The notes beneath the pieces are model-generated. The model had not been told where the DNA came from. It saw only the letters and a list, made by a program, of their open reading frames with translations, and searched no databases. Both the position numbers and the translations under genes were made by a program. From Azolla caroliniana (Eukaryota > Plantae > Polypodiophyta), in contig JBHGNT010000002.1 in the NCBI GenBank assembly GCA_043228905.1, positions 17,918,001 through 17,982,000 on the forward strand: 64,000 bases of DNA. The letters are read 5' to 3'. Below are positions 11,672 to 25,376 of this stretch, piece after piece (the stretch's first letter is position 1; every line of letters starts with the position of its first letter).

Positions 11672-14600
11672 TTAACATTTAGTATTATGTGCCTTTGACC
11701 TCTTTAGCCTATTTCTTGGTAAGCTTTCATGAGAATCTTGTAGAGGATTATACATCAAGTACTCCAAATCTTTCTCTATCTTTTCAATGATTTGCTTCTT
11801 TCGGTCCTTCAATATAACAAACGTTATACAAACTTCATCAATACATGAAAATGCTATAAATGTTCATAAGACTAGAAGAAATGAAATCTAAATACTATTC
11901 AAAACAAAGCAAGATAGAGAATACATATTGCATCCTTGCCTCATATTTCATATAGCAATAACTACAACAATTATTAATGTATCCAAAAGAGTGTCAAGGA
12001 TGATGCAGAAACACTAAGCACCACATCGCACTCAGAATCATTCAAGTAAATTATTAAATGTTGTAATTTTAGTCTCTCCTACCATAAATACAGGATATTG
12101 AAAAAAAAAATAGGTTAAAATAAGAGTTTCAACAGTTAACTAAGGCTTTTTAAATCTTTGACACTCCAATAAATCCAATGAGGTATATATTTTGGTTAAC
12201 AGAATACTCAAAAGTTTTCAATATTTAACCTAATATCCCAGCTCCATACTTATCAGTATACGAAACATTATTCTTGTCTGTTTTTGAAACTAAAAAGGTA
12301 TTCTTTGGTAAATATCCAACATGTTAAGAGCTGTTTTGGTGTTTTGACTCTCAAACAACATAATGTATTAATCTATGATTCTATATTTTATTTTTTTTAA
12401 AAACTAAAGGCAGAATTGAAACACAAGCATGAGAAAACTTACGATCTTTCTGCAACATCTTCGTATTTCTTCTTTGCAGATTTTGGCTTCCATTTCAAGA
12501 GAGTTTTTCCGGAACTGTGAATCTATTGGATGCTGCTCAACTAGTTGTTGCTGCATTGTGCACACCATTTGAGGTTGCCACATCCTTAAAGCTACAGAAG
12601 ACATCCTGAATAAAAACACACCAAAAACTGCATTAATTGGAAAGAACTTATACCTTCATTCCATCTTATCATTTCCAATGAATTGTCAAAGGTTTGAACG
12701 AATACAAGTTATGGCACCTGCTACATTCTCTTTATCATTTTTAGCTAGAAACATTAACATAGCATAAAAGGAAGGGGGAATCACTTAACTACGCTTAACT
12801 TGATGGTTTTTTTTATCAAAATAACCCTGAATTTACAAAATCTACAGTACAGATTTCACTATTACAAAGGGGTTTATTGGAAAATATTTAAAATCTTGGG
12901 GTGTTTAAGGAGTTTTTCTTATTGTTTGAATGAGATGACAATCAGTATAGTGAGGCAGAGGTATGAATGCTTGGGGGAATATAAAACGAGTGGAAGACCA
13001 GTAAACATCAGTTATCCTGTACGTTCGGTGTCAATATTTTCCAGGAAAGTCAACCTTGGGATAAAAGCCCGAGTTGCCTCTTATTTTGTGCCACCTATTC
13101 TGTCATAAATGTGTCCCTTATTCTGTCCCACCTATTCTGTAATAATGGTGACAGCCTACTGCCAACCTATTGTCTAATAAGGGAGGGAGCCCACTCAGCT
13201 GTCAACTCATTTTTATAGAAAAAGGGTATCCTGCCTCTCCAAAAGACTTGCATTACACCAAGAGAGCCTCTTCCTCCAAAGATGGCCTACTACAAAAATC
13301 ATTTCATAAATTTCTCAAAAGATGGATTCATAGACACCTTGGTGCTTGACCATCCACGTGGCCTATAATGCTCCCAAATCAACATGCCAACAAAGAGTTT
13401 CCTCCCATCGACTAGAGATCATAGTAAGATGAGCACTTCGCAAAACTAGAGCTGAAGCCCTTTGCAAATTACGTGAAGGAGAGATTGATTGCAAGGAGCA
13501 TGTTGTGTACATGCCCAACGTACAAGCAGATCAGAAAGATGCATGCCATCCTCTACATGAATTCCACCACCACTTGACAAATTATGGAGAAGGCTGACAT
13601 GACACATAGAGAAAATCTTGCTCAAGCTTTAAAACCATAGAGAATCAGCACTATACTAGCACACGGTATGCAACAGTAATCACCCATCACTAATTTCTTC
13701 CATAGCGCCAGACCTTCTTTGACAACATACAAAGGAGTCACTATAGAGCAAGCAGCGGATTGTTGACGACCCCAGAGACTGAGACTCCTAGGATATAAGG
13801 CGCATGGGGATCATTGCCTCCGTACATATTAGTTATGCACTTAATGCTTGTAAAAAATCTCCAAAATCATTCCACCAATGCATTAAAATCAAGATCGTGG
13901 AGCTTTAGGAAACCTAAATCTTTTATTTCTGTTTCAGTATGGATGACATGGATTCACCCATTTATAAAACCATGATTTGTGTCATAGTCCAGTTTTTTTC
14001 CATACTAGACATTAGTATATCTTTCTTTCTCTCTCTATTCCTTGTTAAACTTTGACATGGCCTTGTTCCACCACACCAACCAACCTCAAATATGTGCATT
14101 CTCAATTGTGACATTCATTAGTGAAATTCTTGAACATCAAGAATCACTACTCGTTTTCACACGAATTACATGAAAATGTTATCTTTTTGGTCTCATTGGC
14201 AATATTTGACCTCAGAAGACGATAATAAAATCTCTCTCTCACACACACACGCACATTGATGTTGCTTCTTTGGTTGCATTGGAATGGGTGCAAATTTTGT
14301 AAATGTATAACATTTTTATCCCTCTTGAGTCTCAACATTGTTTGAAGTAAGATATCCTTTCTTGAAGTTGTATTTTAGATGTGAATTTGAACTTTTGGTA
14401 GTGACGCATTTAGATCCCTCTCTTATTTCTTGTTTAAACAGTAGTAGAAGTACTTACCGAGCTTGCTCGATATTTTTCAGATCCTGCAAAATGTTTGAGA
14501 GCTTCAACTTCTCCCCTTGAATCTCTCTTTCGAGCTCCTTGCATTCATTCTCGTGAGCATCTCTTTCACTCTGAATCCTAAGAAGATGCCTTCTGTGTGC

Positions 14601-15187
14601 GGCAACTTTCGATGCCTTGATCTTCTCAAAGCTGGTTATGTACCATAACATCAGTTATAGTTATCAATATTTAATCTTAATGGACCAAAACGACATCCTT
14701 TTTATACAGTTATGCTTAGTGAATCACACATCATTCTGTTTGGAAGTATTTCGGTTAAGTAGGCCATAACATAACTCCTTGTAGTAAGGATTTAAGCTTC
14801 TTGAGAAATAAGTCCATTCTTTTCTGTAAGGATTTAGGCTTAATGAATCATGACACCATTTTTTGGGAACGATTAAAGCTTAAGCTATGCCCAAAAAGAA
14901 TCAAAGTAATTTGAAAAGACAAAGAAAGACATTCAAAGAGGAAAATAAACGAAGAAGATACTTCACCTTGATCGATATCTGGATTTGAAATCTGATGAGG
15001 ATGCGGAGTTATATTCTTGGGGGAAATCTCGTTGAAATAAAGGCTTCCAGAGAGAGGGGAGCACACAGAGTTTGTTCAAGGCATGGCTTGTAATGGAGAG
15101 GGAACAGAGATCTCTGTGATCTAAAACTCCTCTGTGTACCCCAGCACGAAGAGCTTCAATCCAGACTTCGTCGGGTAAACATGCCAT
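11672..15187 (-). CDS. SKIP24: F-box protein, SKIP24-like; 4 exons (15187-14967, 14631-14458, 12605-12443, 11806-11672), 230 aa
   Basis: N-terminal F-box MACLPDEVWIEAL..DLCSLS..LWKPLFQRDF, coiled coil, SVALRMWQPQ, LEMEAKICKEEI, LEYLMYNPL. All introns GT-AG with matching phases; 693 nt open frame. Confidence 0.88.
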
Positions 15188-15269
15188 GCTCGTTTCTTCC
15201 CATAATAACTAGACCAATATCATTCATTATCATCTCTTTCTTTTTACCCTACAAGTAGTACTACGCCCA

Positions 15270-15529
15270 ATTTTCTCACCTCTCTATTACTTGATACATA
15301 TCTTTTAATTCACTAGATGCCATTGTGCAATGTAACGCTTAAACCCATGACCTCCTTGTCTACATTGGGTAACCTTACCAATTAAGTTACATCCATCTAG
15401 GCTCTCTCTCTTTGCTTTTTTTTGTTGTTGGTAAAATCACACAATTATATTAATTGTATGTAAAATCCACTTAGTTACAACACTTCGTAGTCTCCTCTAC
15501 CTATCATATGCCTATGTAGGGAGAGGGAC

Positions 15530-15568
<39 letters not shown>

Positions 15569-15680
15569 TTAGCCCTAGTAGTAAGTCGTTTACTAGGAAA
15601 CTTTTTCTCACCTCTCTTACCATATATATCTCTTATTTCACTAGATGCCACTATGGAATGTAAGGGTTGAACCCATGACA
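15270..15680 (-). mobile_element. Two tRNA-derived SINE-like fragments (about 15270-15400 and 15600-15680) around a (CT)n tract, just upstream of the F-box gene
   Basis: Duplicated ttttctcacctctc..cactagatgcca..aacccatgac; the reverse complement contains a B-box-like gggttcaaccc. Confidence 0.5.
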
Positions 15681-17073
15681 GTAGTCATCTTCACGACCGG
15701 CGCGAACTTCTCATCGTAATCGATGTCGTGTTTCTATGCGTACTCCTTCCACTAATCAGGCCTTATATTGGTTAACCAAGCCTTCGTCGTTGTACTTGAC
15801 CTTGTACACCCACCTGCATCTGATGGGCTTCACACCCTTGGGGGCGCCAACCAGGTCCCAAGTCTCGTTCTCCGTTAGCGTGTGCATCTCTTCCTCCATA
15901 GCGGCACACCAATCCGCGTGCTTCGTTGCTTCTGCGTAGCTCTCCGGCTCACGCACATTTACCATCTTTGCCATATATGCATAATGATGTGCCATATACT
16001 CATTATACCCGTGCCGAATTACAGGATTCTTCTAGCGGGTGGATCGGCGTAACTTTTGGTTCGCCGATTTCGTGGCCCTTTCAGTCGACTTTGACCCCGT
16101 TTTCAGAGGTTCTTCATTGTTTTTGACCATGTTGGATTCACTTCAATCCGATGTTTCGGCCTCAGTGCCATATTCCGGCATATTCATCTTCCCCTTCTCC
16201 TTGTGCGTAAACCGTCTCCTCAATTTCTGGCACGGGGACTGCACTATCGAGTTTCCACTACTCGCCTGCTCTTCCTCCGACTGGTCCATTCGACTCCGTC
16301 ACTCATTCAGCCCACTTAGCCAAAATGAGATCGGACTCTCTTCTAGAGTTCCGGATTCCTCTTCCTCAAGGGGAATCTTGGCCTCACTAGCCTCATCCTC
16401 AAAATTCAGAATGGAGGATTTGGGAGTGGGAGGGAAAGGCAAATACCACAAAGTCGGCTCCTTGAAAATGACATATTGGCTTACTGGAACCTCTTTCGTT
16501 CGAAGTTTATAACACTTATAACCCTTCTACTCATTCGAGTAGCCGATCAAGATACATTTTTCGGCTTTTGCGTCTAACTTCCTCCATTTTTCCTTTGGCA
16601 CATGCACATATGCAATGCTACCAAATACCCTCAAGCATGCCAAATTCAACTTCTTCTCGAACTACAACTCGTGTGGCGACACTCCTCCATTTGCAGAAGT
16701 CCAATTCTGCAGGTATACCGTTGTCCTGACGACTCCGGCCTAGTAGAATTTCGGCATATGCTTCTCCTCAAGCATTGCCCTGACCACTTCTTCGATCATC
16801 CAATTCTTCCTCTCGGCCACGCCGTTCCACTGTGGAGTGTATCTGCAGGAGAATTCATGTCGAATTCCTTCCTTTTGCAAATAGCTAGAAAACTGGTTGG
16901 AAAGGTACTCTTTCCCCCCATCAAACCTTAGGCACTTGATCTTTTGGCATGTCTCTCGTTCAGCAAGGCTTTTCACCTTCAAGAAGTAGGAGAATACTTC
17001 GCTTTTCTTCTCAATCAAGCACGACCAAGTGTGCCGAGTGTAGTCATCGATGAGGGTTACAAAATAACGACTT

Positions 17074-17114
17074 TGTAAAGAAATGAGGAGCAACAGTGGC
17101 TAAGATGCAGCGAC

Positions 17115-17146
<32 letters not shown>

Positions 17147-20100
17147 ACGCAAGACAAAACAGAGAGAGAGAGACAGAGGCAGATATAAAAGACTATATAT
17201 TACATTAACATAAATACTTCCAACAGCAACTAAGTTACAAGGGGTTGGTTTAAATACCAACTAAACTAGGGCAAGTGCCCTTTCTACTATTTACAAAACT
17301 AGCCTGGTATGACCATGAGCTAGTGTAAAACCTATTACTATGGGAAGTTGAGTTCGACTCTCAACACGCCCCTTCGAACACAACTTCCATCTGTCGAAAA
17401 GTTGTTTCAGTTCGGTCTTCGGAATCCAGGTTCCGGCGTTCGTAATCCTCGAACTGGATTGTTCAGCTTTTCGGATTCGTGCTCGGTTCCATTAACTACG
17501 TGTTGCGTACTCACGTATCGTTGCATGTTGCGTACTCAAACAATTGCGTATAGTGCGCATGTCGCTCGCAGTACTCCCCCTCAAGCTTGGCAATGTGGAT
17601 GTCATGAGGCCAAGATCCAATGCAAATTACCCGAGCTTGTCGACTCCTAAGGCCTTCGTAAAAATATCAACAACTTGGAGGTTTGTATTAATATGTTGTA
17701 GATCGATTTCTCTGGCATGTACGCGCTCGCAAATAAAGCGGTAGGGCACTTCGATATGTTTAGTCCGGGCATGGAAAACGGGGTTCCGAGCGAGGTCTAG
17801 CTGCTCATATTGTTGTAGAAGAGACGAATGGGATCCATAAGGGGAACGGCTAGATCCTTCAGTATGCGCTTGAGCCATACGGCTTCACATGCGGCTCTGT
17901 ATTCGACTTCTGTGCTCGATAGTGTGACTATCAGTTGCTTCTTGTTGCTCTAGGAGATCACTCCGCTGCCGAGGGAGAAGACGAATCCGGATGTAGATCG
18001 TCTATCCGCTTTGTATCCTGCCCAATCCGCGTCTGTGTATCCTTCAAGTCGAATGGTCGTATTTGACTTATACATAATGTCGTAATCCACCGTAGTACTG
18101 ACATACCGGAGTATCCTCTTAGCGCAATCGAGATGAAGGTTTCGCCGATTCTGCATGAATTGGCTAAGTAGGCCAACCGAATAACTGAGATCAGGTCGCG
18201 TAATGGTGAGATAGATTAAGCTGCCGATCAATTGACGATACTGAGTTAACTCGCACACGACTGTGCCGGAATCGACATCCATCTTGAGATTACGATCGAG
18301 AGGAGTGGACACAGGTTTGCATTTGGTCATTCCGAACTTTTAGAGCAAGTTGAGAATGTAGTGTCGTTGAGAGATCATTATTCCGACTGGTGTCAAAATT
18401 ACTTCAATGCCTAGAAAGTAATGGAGCTCGTGCAGGTCTTTCATTTCAAATCTGCCGGAGAGAAGTGATTTGACTTTGTTAATCTCGGCGAGATCCTTTC
18501 TCCGATGACCAAATCATTCACGTAAAGGATGATGACAATCGGGTTATCCGAGTCGTTTTTGATGTACAGGGAACTATCAGATTTTGACATTCGAAATCGG
18601 ATCTGATGAAGATATTGCGTGATCTTCGAGTGTCACGCACATGGTGCTTGTTTGAGGCCGTAAAGTGGCCTCTTGAGTCGGCACACGACGTTCGGTGATT
18701 GCGCAATTCAAAACCGGGTGGTTGGATCATGTACACGTCCTCTTCTAATTCACCTTGAAGAAAGGCGTTCTTGACGTCCATCTGGTTGAGGTGCCACCCT
18801 TTTGCTGTTGCAAGAGCAATTACGGTCTACACGGTGGTCATCTTTGCCACCGGGGCAAAGCTCTCTTCGTAGTTTATGCCGTGCATTTGAGCGTATCCTT
18901 TCCCAACGAGCCGTGCTTTGAAGTGATTTACGGAGCTGTCGACATTGTGTTTCACTTTGTAAATCCATTGACAACCAATCTCTTTCTTGTGTAGTGTGTG
19001 AGGGACAAGATCCCATGTCTTGTTTTTGCATAACGCTTCCATTTCCTCATTCATCGCATCGACCCATCGTGGATCCTTACAGCTTCGGAAAGTGTCGCTA
19101 GGTCCCGCACTGAAGCCACCTTCATCATGAAGGCGTAATGGGACGCCATATAATCATTGTAGCCAAAATGGCTTACGAGGTTCTTTTCACGGGTCGATCG
19201 ACAGAGTTTCTCGTTTGCGGATCCTAAGGCTTTCTTCGCTTGATTTGTTCGGATGATTGGGATGTCTAGGCCTTCGAACTCACTGTCGAGGGAGTGATTC
19301 GACGCGTTGTCGATTGGATCTTCGTATACGGACATCTTGGCCTTCCCTTTGTCGAGTTTCGGACTCGGTCAAAATATGCTTTGGTCACTCAGGGGTTCCC
19401 ATGGTCCACTAAGTTGTGTCGTAATCGGGTTTTCTTCGAACATGTGCATGAGCCGATCTTCGTCTTCTAAATCCATTTTGGCGAATTCCTGGTCGAGCGG
19501 AGTCAAAGTCGAGGTTGTTTCTAGTGCGTACCAGGATGCAGACTCATCGAAGACTACGTCTTGACTTGTTCGAGCTTTGCGGGTAGATGGGTTGTAGCAT
19601 TTGTATCCCTTCTATTCAAGTGAGTATCCTACGAGGATACATTTCTCCGACTTCGGGTCAAGCTTTTGTCATGTATCATCCGGAATATGTACGTAGGCGA
19701 TAAAGCCGAAAATGCGGACATGTGATAAGTTAGGCTTCTTTCCAAAGAATTTCTCATATGGAGTTACGTCGTGTACTCCCAAGGTTGTGCACCTATTCAT
19801 GAGGTATATGGCCGTGTTCGCCGCTTCTGCCCAATACGATTTCAATAGGTTCTTCTCATTCATCATAGCCAATGCGACTTCTACTATGTGCCGGTTTTTA
19901 CGCTTAGCTACGCTATTCTGCTGAGGTGTGTGATGGCATGAGAATTTTCATCGGATTCCTTCCTTTCGGAGACATGCCGTAAACTCATCCGAAAAGTATT
20001 CTTTGCCTCCATCCGATTGAAGGCAGCATACGTGCCGACCCGTAGTTTTTTCGACTTCAGCCTTGAACCTCTAGAAGTGTCTGAACACTTCCCTCTTCTG

Positions 20101-22282
20101 TCTCATCGGGTAGATCCATGTGTGCCTAGAGAAGTCGTCGATGAAAGTGACATAATATCGGCATCCGTCGAGTGTGCTTATCTGGCCCAGTCCCCATACA
20201 TCTGAATGTACAACATCTAGGATCCCGCACATTCCGCTCTTTCGGGAATGGAGGTCGGCATTGCTTTCCGAACTGGCACGCTTCGCATACGACCATAATC
20301 TCCTTCATAGTAAAGTTCGGGAGTCCGATTATGACTCCTTTCGATTGCATGTTCTGAAGCTTCTGGAGATTGATGTGACCAATTCTCTTGTGCCACAAGT
20401 TTAGGTCGGTTTCGACTTTGAGGCCCTTTGCAAACATGGCCGATTTTACCTCATTTGATTCGAGGACAAACATATGGCCTTCACGACGGCTGTGCGCTAC
20501 GACTTAATCTCCTCTTTCTATAAAGCAACCATCATTGTTGAATCGTACCTACATTCCTTGTTCGACAATTTGGCCGACCGAGACCATTTTTTTCGTGATG
20601 GTAGGGACATGTAGTACGTTCTTGAGATAGGTTTGTTTGCCATTGTTTCCGAATGGGACGTTCCCGATATGCTGTATTGGATGAGTCGTGTCATCGCCTG
20701 TCTCGAAATATCTGAGTCGTTCGGGTTTTCGTAATTCCCGAAACCAATCTTCATGAGACGTCATGTGGTTGGATGCTCCCGAGTAAACAAACCATACGTT
20801 ATTTGAGGCGGAGGCGCTAGTTGAGGCCTGTGTTGACATCGAGTGTGCTTCGTGCCTCATTACGAACATTCCGCCACGGTGGCCGTAGTCGGAATTCGTG
20901 GCGTAATTTGTAAATGTTCCTCTACGATCGTCGTAGTCGTTAATTCGATGTGTAATTCATGAATGTTCCATTACAATTGTCGTAGTTGGAGTTTGATGTG
21001 TAGTTCGTGAGCTGTTGGCTATTTGAAGTCGAGTCTCGTACCTTTTTCTGGCACTTCTCTTCATAGTGGCCGTATTTTCCACAGTACCCACATTCGATCG
21101 GGTTGTTACGATTGCTCGGTCCGGCGTGATGACTCCCCCTTCTGTCGAACTCTCTAGGACGGTTCTTGTCCGCTTGCCATTGGTGGGGGTTACGCTCTTG
21201 AGTTTGCCGACCATTACGGCCTTGTTCAAATCAACCTCTATTTCCACGGTCGAAATTTCTTCTATCATCCGACTGGGAGTAGAGCATTTGACCCTCTGGT
21301 GCGTTGCTCCTTTGTTGGGCGTGATTTTCCTCAACCAACAATATTGATTGGAGATCGAAAGATGACGGAGGGTTCTCCCTTGCAAGGATGGCCGATCTAA
21401 TAGAGCCAAATCGGGGTGCTAAGCCGCCGAGGCATATTTGCACCATCTCGTCATCGTCGATTACGACATTAATTGAACTAAGGGCATCGCACAACTCCTT
21501 GATCTTTAAGGTATAGCTTGTGATCGACACGTCCCTCTATTGCATGTTGTTTAGCTCCTATCAAAGTTGGAGCTTTCGTGCAGCCGTGTTGGCCGCAAAA
21601 ATCTTCTTGAGATTTCCCCAAGCTTCTTTCAGTGTTTTTGAATCTCGAATATAGCCAAGCATATGATCATGAACGCATGATGCAAGGCAATACAACACAC
21701 GACTTGCAGCCTGCTCCCAAGCGGGATAGTTGGTGTGTGTTGGGTTGGGTTGAGTTTCGTGAGCTCCTTCAATGTAGCTCCAGTAACCTTGTCCGACAAG
21801 GTATTGATGCATCTTGTATTCCCAAGATGCAAAATTCGCCCTGTCAAGCTTCTTAGTAGGAAGAGCGCTTCCCATCTGAGTGTTCATTATGTTGATTTCT
21901 TCTCTGTTGATTAGCCAGTTCTGTTGATCGTCAGCGTGTACCACAACACAGTTGAATGGATTCGATTAAGCAACCACACGCTCTGATACCATGTAAAGAA
22001 ATGAGGAGCAAGAGTGGCTAAGATGCAGCGATAGGATTGTGTGTGTGTGTGTACGCAAGACAAAATAGAGAGAGAGAGAGAGAGAGAGCTTAAGAAAGAG
22101 ATAAAAGAATGTATATTACATTAACCAAAATACTTCCAACAGTAACTAAGTTACAATGGGTTAGTTTAAATACCAACTAAATTAGGGCAAGTGCCCTTTC
22201 TACTATTTACAAAACTAGCATGGTATGACCATGAGCTAGTGTGAAACCTATTACTATGGGAAGTTGAGTTCGACTCTCAACT
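17074..22282 (-). mobile_element. Full-length decayed Ty1/copia B; LTRs 17074-17366 and 21992-22282
   Basis: Direct LTRs tgtaaagaaatgaggagc..ctctcaac(a/t), PBS gctctgatacca at 21980-21991, TSD gactt/gattt, gag-PR-INT-RT-RH pieces with many stops. Confidence 0.9.
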
Positions 22283-22522
22283 GATTTCCACCGATACTCA
22301 CATTCTATGTCGGTCCCCATACATCCGAATGGATTAAATCGAGCTTGTTTCGACTCCGAGTTCTTTCATTTGGGAACAGATTTCTTTCATTTGGGAACGA
22401 AAGTCGGTGATGCTTCCCAAACTGGCAAGTGTCACAAACTTGACCCTTTCGGCCATTGAATTTTGACAAGCCGAAAATGATCTTTTTCGTCTTCATCTCC
22501 CAAAACCGCGGGAAGTTGACGT

Positions 22523-23038
22523 TGTCACGTTGTTACGCGCGTGCGTGTAGAAGGGGCGGGACCACGGGGGTCTCGAACTAGGGAGTAGAGGAGAAAGAAT
22601 AAGATATGATATGGAGGCTTAGCTCTAGAGGAGAAGAGGAAAGAATAAGACCATGACATAGAAGGAGAGACCGGCGGAGGTAAGATGCTCAACAAGATAT
22701 ATTAAAACAAACGAATGATTACAACAATGGTAGCCGCATGGGCCGCACCAAACGACTATGAGAAAACCCTAACCGAAACCCTAACCGAAACCCTAACCCT
22801 AAAACGGTAAGAACTCTAGGCTAAGTGGTATACCTTTCATACGCAAAATAGGCAACCCTTCATAAGTGACCCCTCCCTTCCTTTTATAGCCCAAGGAGGG
22901 AGGGACCTTACAATGTGGGATAAAATTTCCCCTCTTATTTCTATACACCATTTCCTAGTATACGTGTGCACATGTTGCACACCACCAACTTGCCCATTCC
23001 ACCCCGGTTTCACACTATAGTCGGAAATCTTCACGACA
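22523..23038 (-). mobile_element. Solo LTR (family with 4-bp TSD and telomere-like motif)
   Basis: tgtcacg..cacgaca ends, flanks acgt/acat, inverse homologue of 23590-24310, (aaaccctaaccg)n. Confidence 0.8.
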
Positions 23039-23589
23039 ACATGACCGAACACCTTTTGCCACAAGTCGATGTCTGATTCTACATTTTGCCCCTTGCCTTC
23101 TCAATGCCCTTGCACGATGATCTTGCCTTCTTCTTCGATGAAGCACCCGAGATGAGTAAATTGAACTTGCATGCCCTGGTCAACAATTTATCCAACCAAA
23201 ACCAAGTTCTTGGTGATTGTCGACACATGCAACATATAAGGTGCTTTCAGTTGGACTATTCTCAAACCCAAATGTAATCAAATAGGCATGTATCTTTTCA
23301 TACCAAGAATGTGGTGCTTGCTTCAAGCCATATAATGCCTTTCGCAACCTGCACACTTTGTGTCCCGCCGGTACGGGTGCGTGGGGAAGATCGTGGCTGA
23401 CGGGGGAGAGCTAGACGCGCAAGAGGCCGAAGAGTTGTTTGGCCGATTAGGGGTGAAACTCTCCCTCACGACGGTGTACAATCTAGAAGCGAACAGAAAG
23501 ATGGAGCGCGGAAACGGGCCAATCGTAAAGGAATTGGTACGAGCATGCGAAGGGCAAGTCAGGAATTGGCCACGTCTCCTACCTTACGT

Positions 23590-24310
23590 TGTCGTGAAGA
23601 TTTTCGTCCACAAGCGGAAACCCGAGCAAAGAGAGCCAAAGAGCGATGTGCAACATTGCACACATACATAATGTATTTGTAATAGTAATAAGGGTAAAGT
23701 GTATGGTGCTAGAAATGCCCCATAGGATCCCCAAGGTATAAAGGTGATGTGGTTTTGTGCGCACATCCACGCGCGAGAGAGAGAGAGGTACTATGCGGTA
23801 CATAGGTACCTAGTTGTTTGTGTGGAGGTGGGAGTAAAGGGGCCATCAATCTCACCCTCCCCAAATCAAGGCAAATATCCCCTTTGAATGAAAGGGGATA
23901 TTTGAGTCTCATTTTTGGTAAACGGTCTTCCCTCCTTGTGCTATAAAAGGAGAGGGAAGGCACCATTGTGGAGGTTGCCTATTTTGAGTGTGCAAGGTAT
24001 ACCACATAGGTCGAGCGTTAGGGTTAGGGTTAGGGTTTCTTTATCTTTATCTTCATCTTCGTCGGTTAGGGTTTTGAGTAGTCGTTTGGTGCGGCCTATG
24101 CGGCCACCATTTTGTAATCGTTCATTTCGTTTTAATACATCTTGTTGATCATCTTGTCTCCATCTTCCTCTTGTTCGATCTAATCTCTTGTTCATTCTTC
24201 TTCTTCTTGAGCAAAGCTTCCATTCCATGGCCGATTCCTTCTCCTCTACTCCTTAGTCCAAGACCCCCGTGGTCCCGCCCTTCTCCACGCACGCGCGTAG
24301 CAACGCGACA
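23590..24310 (+). mobile_element. Solo LTR with ACGT target duplication
   Basis: tgtcgtg..cgcgaca; ACGT at 23586-23589 and 24311-24314; host frame restored on removal; TATA ctataaaagg at 23941; (TTAGGG)3 at about 24018. Confidence 0.88.
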
Positions 24311-25376
24311 ACGTGTTATGGGCAGACCGAACTACGCATAGTTCGGTGACTGGATTCATGCCGACGGAGCTGATGTACGGGTAGAAGCCAATCATGCCGA
24401 TGGAAAGAACTATTTCCTCATGGGCAACTGTCAAGTCAAAGAGAGAGAGAGAGAGAGACATATATATAATTGAAAGAGAATTATTATATTGAAGAGTAAA
24501 ATGGATTACAAAGAGTAGGCTACAAAATGGCATTGAACCAATTTAGGTTTGGGATGAGTGGTAGATCCCTATTTATAAGTAATAGAGAACACTCTAGAAT
24601 ATTCTAGGTTATCCTAGAATGTAGAGTAATCTAGAAGATCTCTAGAGTATTCTAGAAGGTTCTAGTGGTATAGAACACTCTAGAATATTCTAGGTCATTC
24701 TAGAATGTAGAGTAATATAGAATATTCCTATGATATTAGATTTCATATTCTAAAAACTATACATATAAGAATATTAATACAATGGTTAAGGATTTGACAT
24801 GTGTACAACAAGGTCGTGAGTGTTACCCGTTCCTTTGGGTGAACACCTTCGATAGATCTGCGCCTATCGGTCTTCAAGGGCGTGGTACGTGAAGGCTCGT
24901 AACAGAGGCGTCGAGAGAGATACAGGGCTCAGAGAGAAAACACTAGCGAGGTTTTGATAGACGTGGCGGCGTGAAACTCATAGGTATGGATCAAAGCACA
25001 GACTCATGCAGCAAAATAGGCACAATTAAGATATATTACTATGGCAGAAAAGGATTACAGAACACGGCCTATGGCCGGTGACCTTACGAGTTTATCTAAT
25101 TACGAATGACTAAGCTAGTGCTTCCACATATAGTTTTCTTCTCCCCTTTTCTCTGAGGTACTGCTCCTCGTTTAAATAACTTTTCCCCTAACACACAGCC
25201 GAGCCATCGGTGGCCCGTGATACTCGGACTCGGCGTTTGCTAATTTCCTAATTTTACATTTCTGTCCTCTGGACAACACCTGGCATGCCCATGGGACAGG
25301 ACCTTGTCCGTCGGACCCACGACTTACAAAATACTAACAATATTACAAAAATTGCCTTTTAGGCGTGATCCTCATT

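Larger units (their letters stand above)
15680..23355 (-). mobile_element. Decayed Ty1/copia A (INT to RT start), split by two insertions
   Basis: HSDVWGP / RYFVTLIDD / QWNGVAERKN / EPESYAEA..WVYKVK in pieces 15680-17073, 22288-22522 and 23039-23355. Confidence 0.8.

Noticed and set aside
13250-13900. Possible non-LTR retroelement relic in F-box intron 2 (LQRASALVLRSA, minus strand)
   Set aside because: Too degenerate; no second motif, tail or TSD found.
24017-24040. (TTAGGG)3 as a true or interstitial telomere
   Set aside because: Short and internal to a TSD-flanked solo LTR; shared with the sister LTR.
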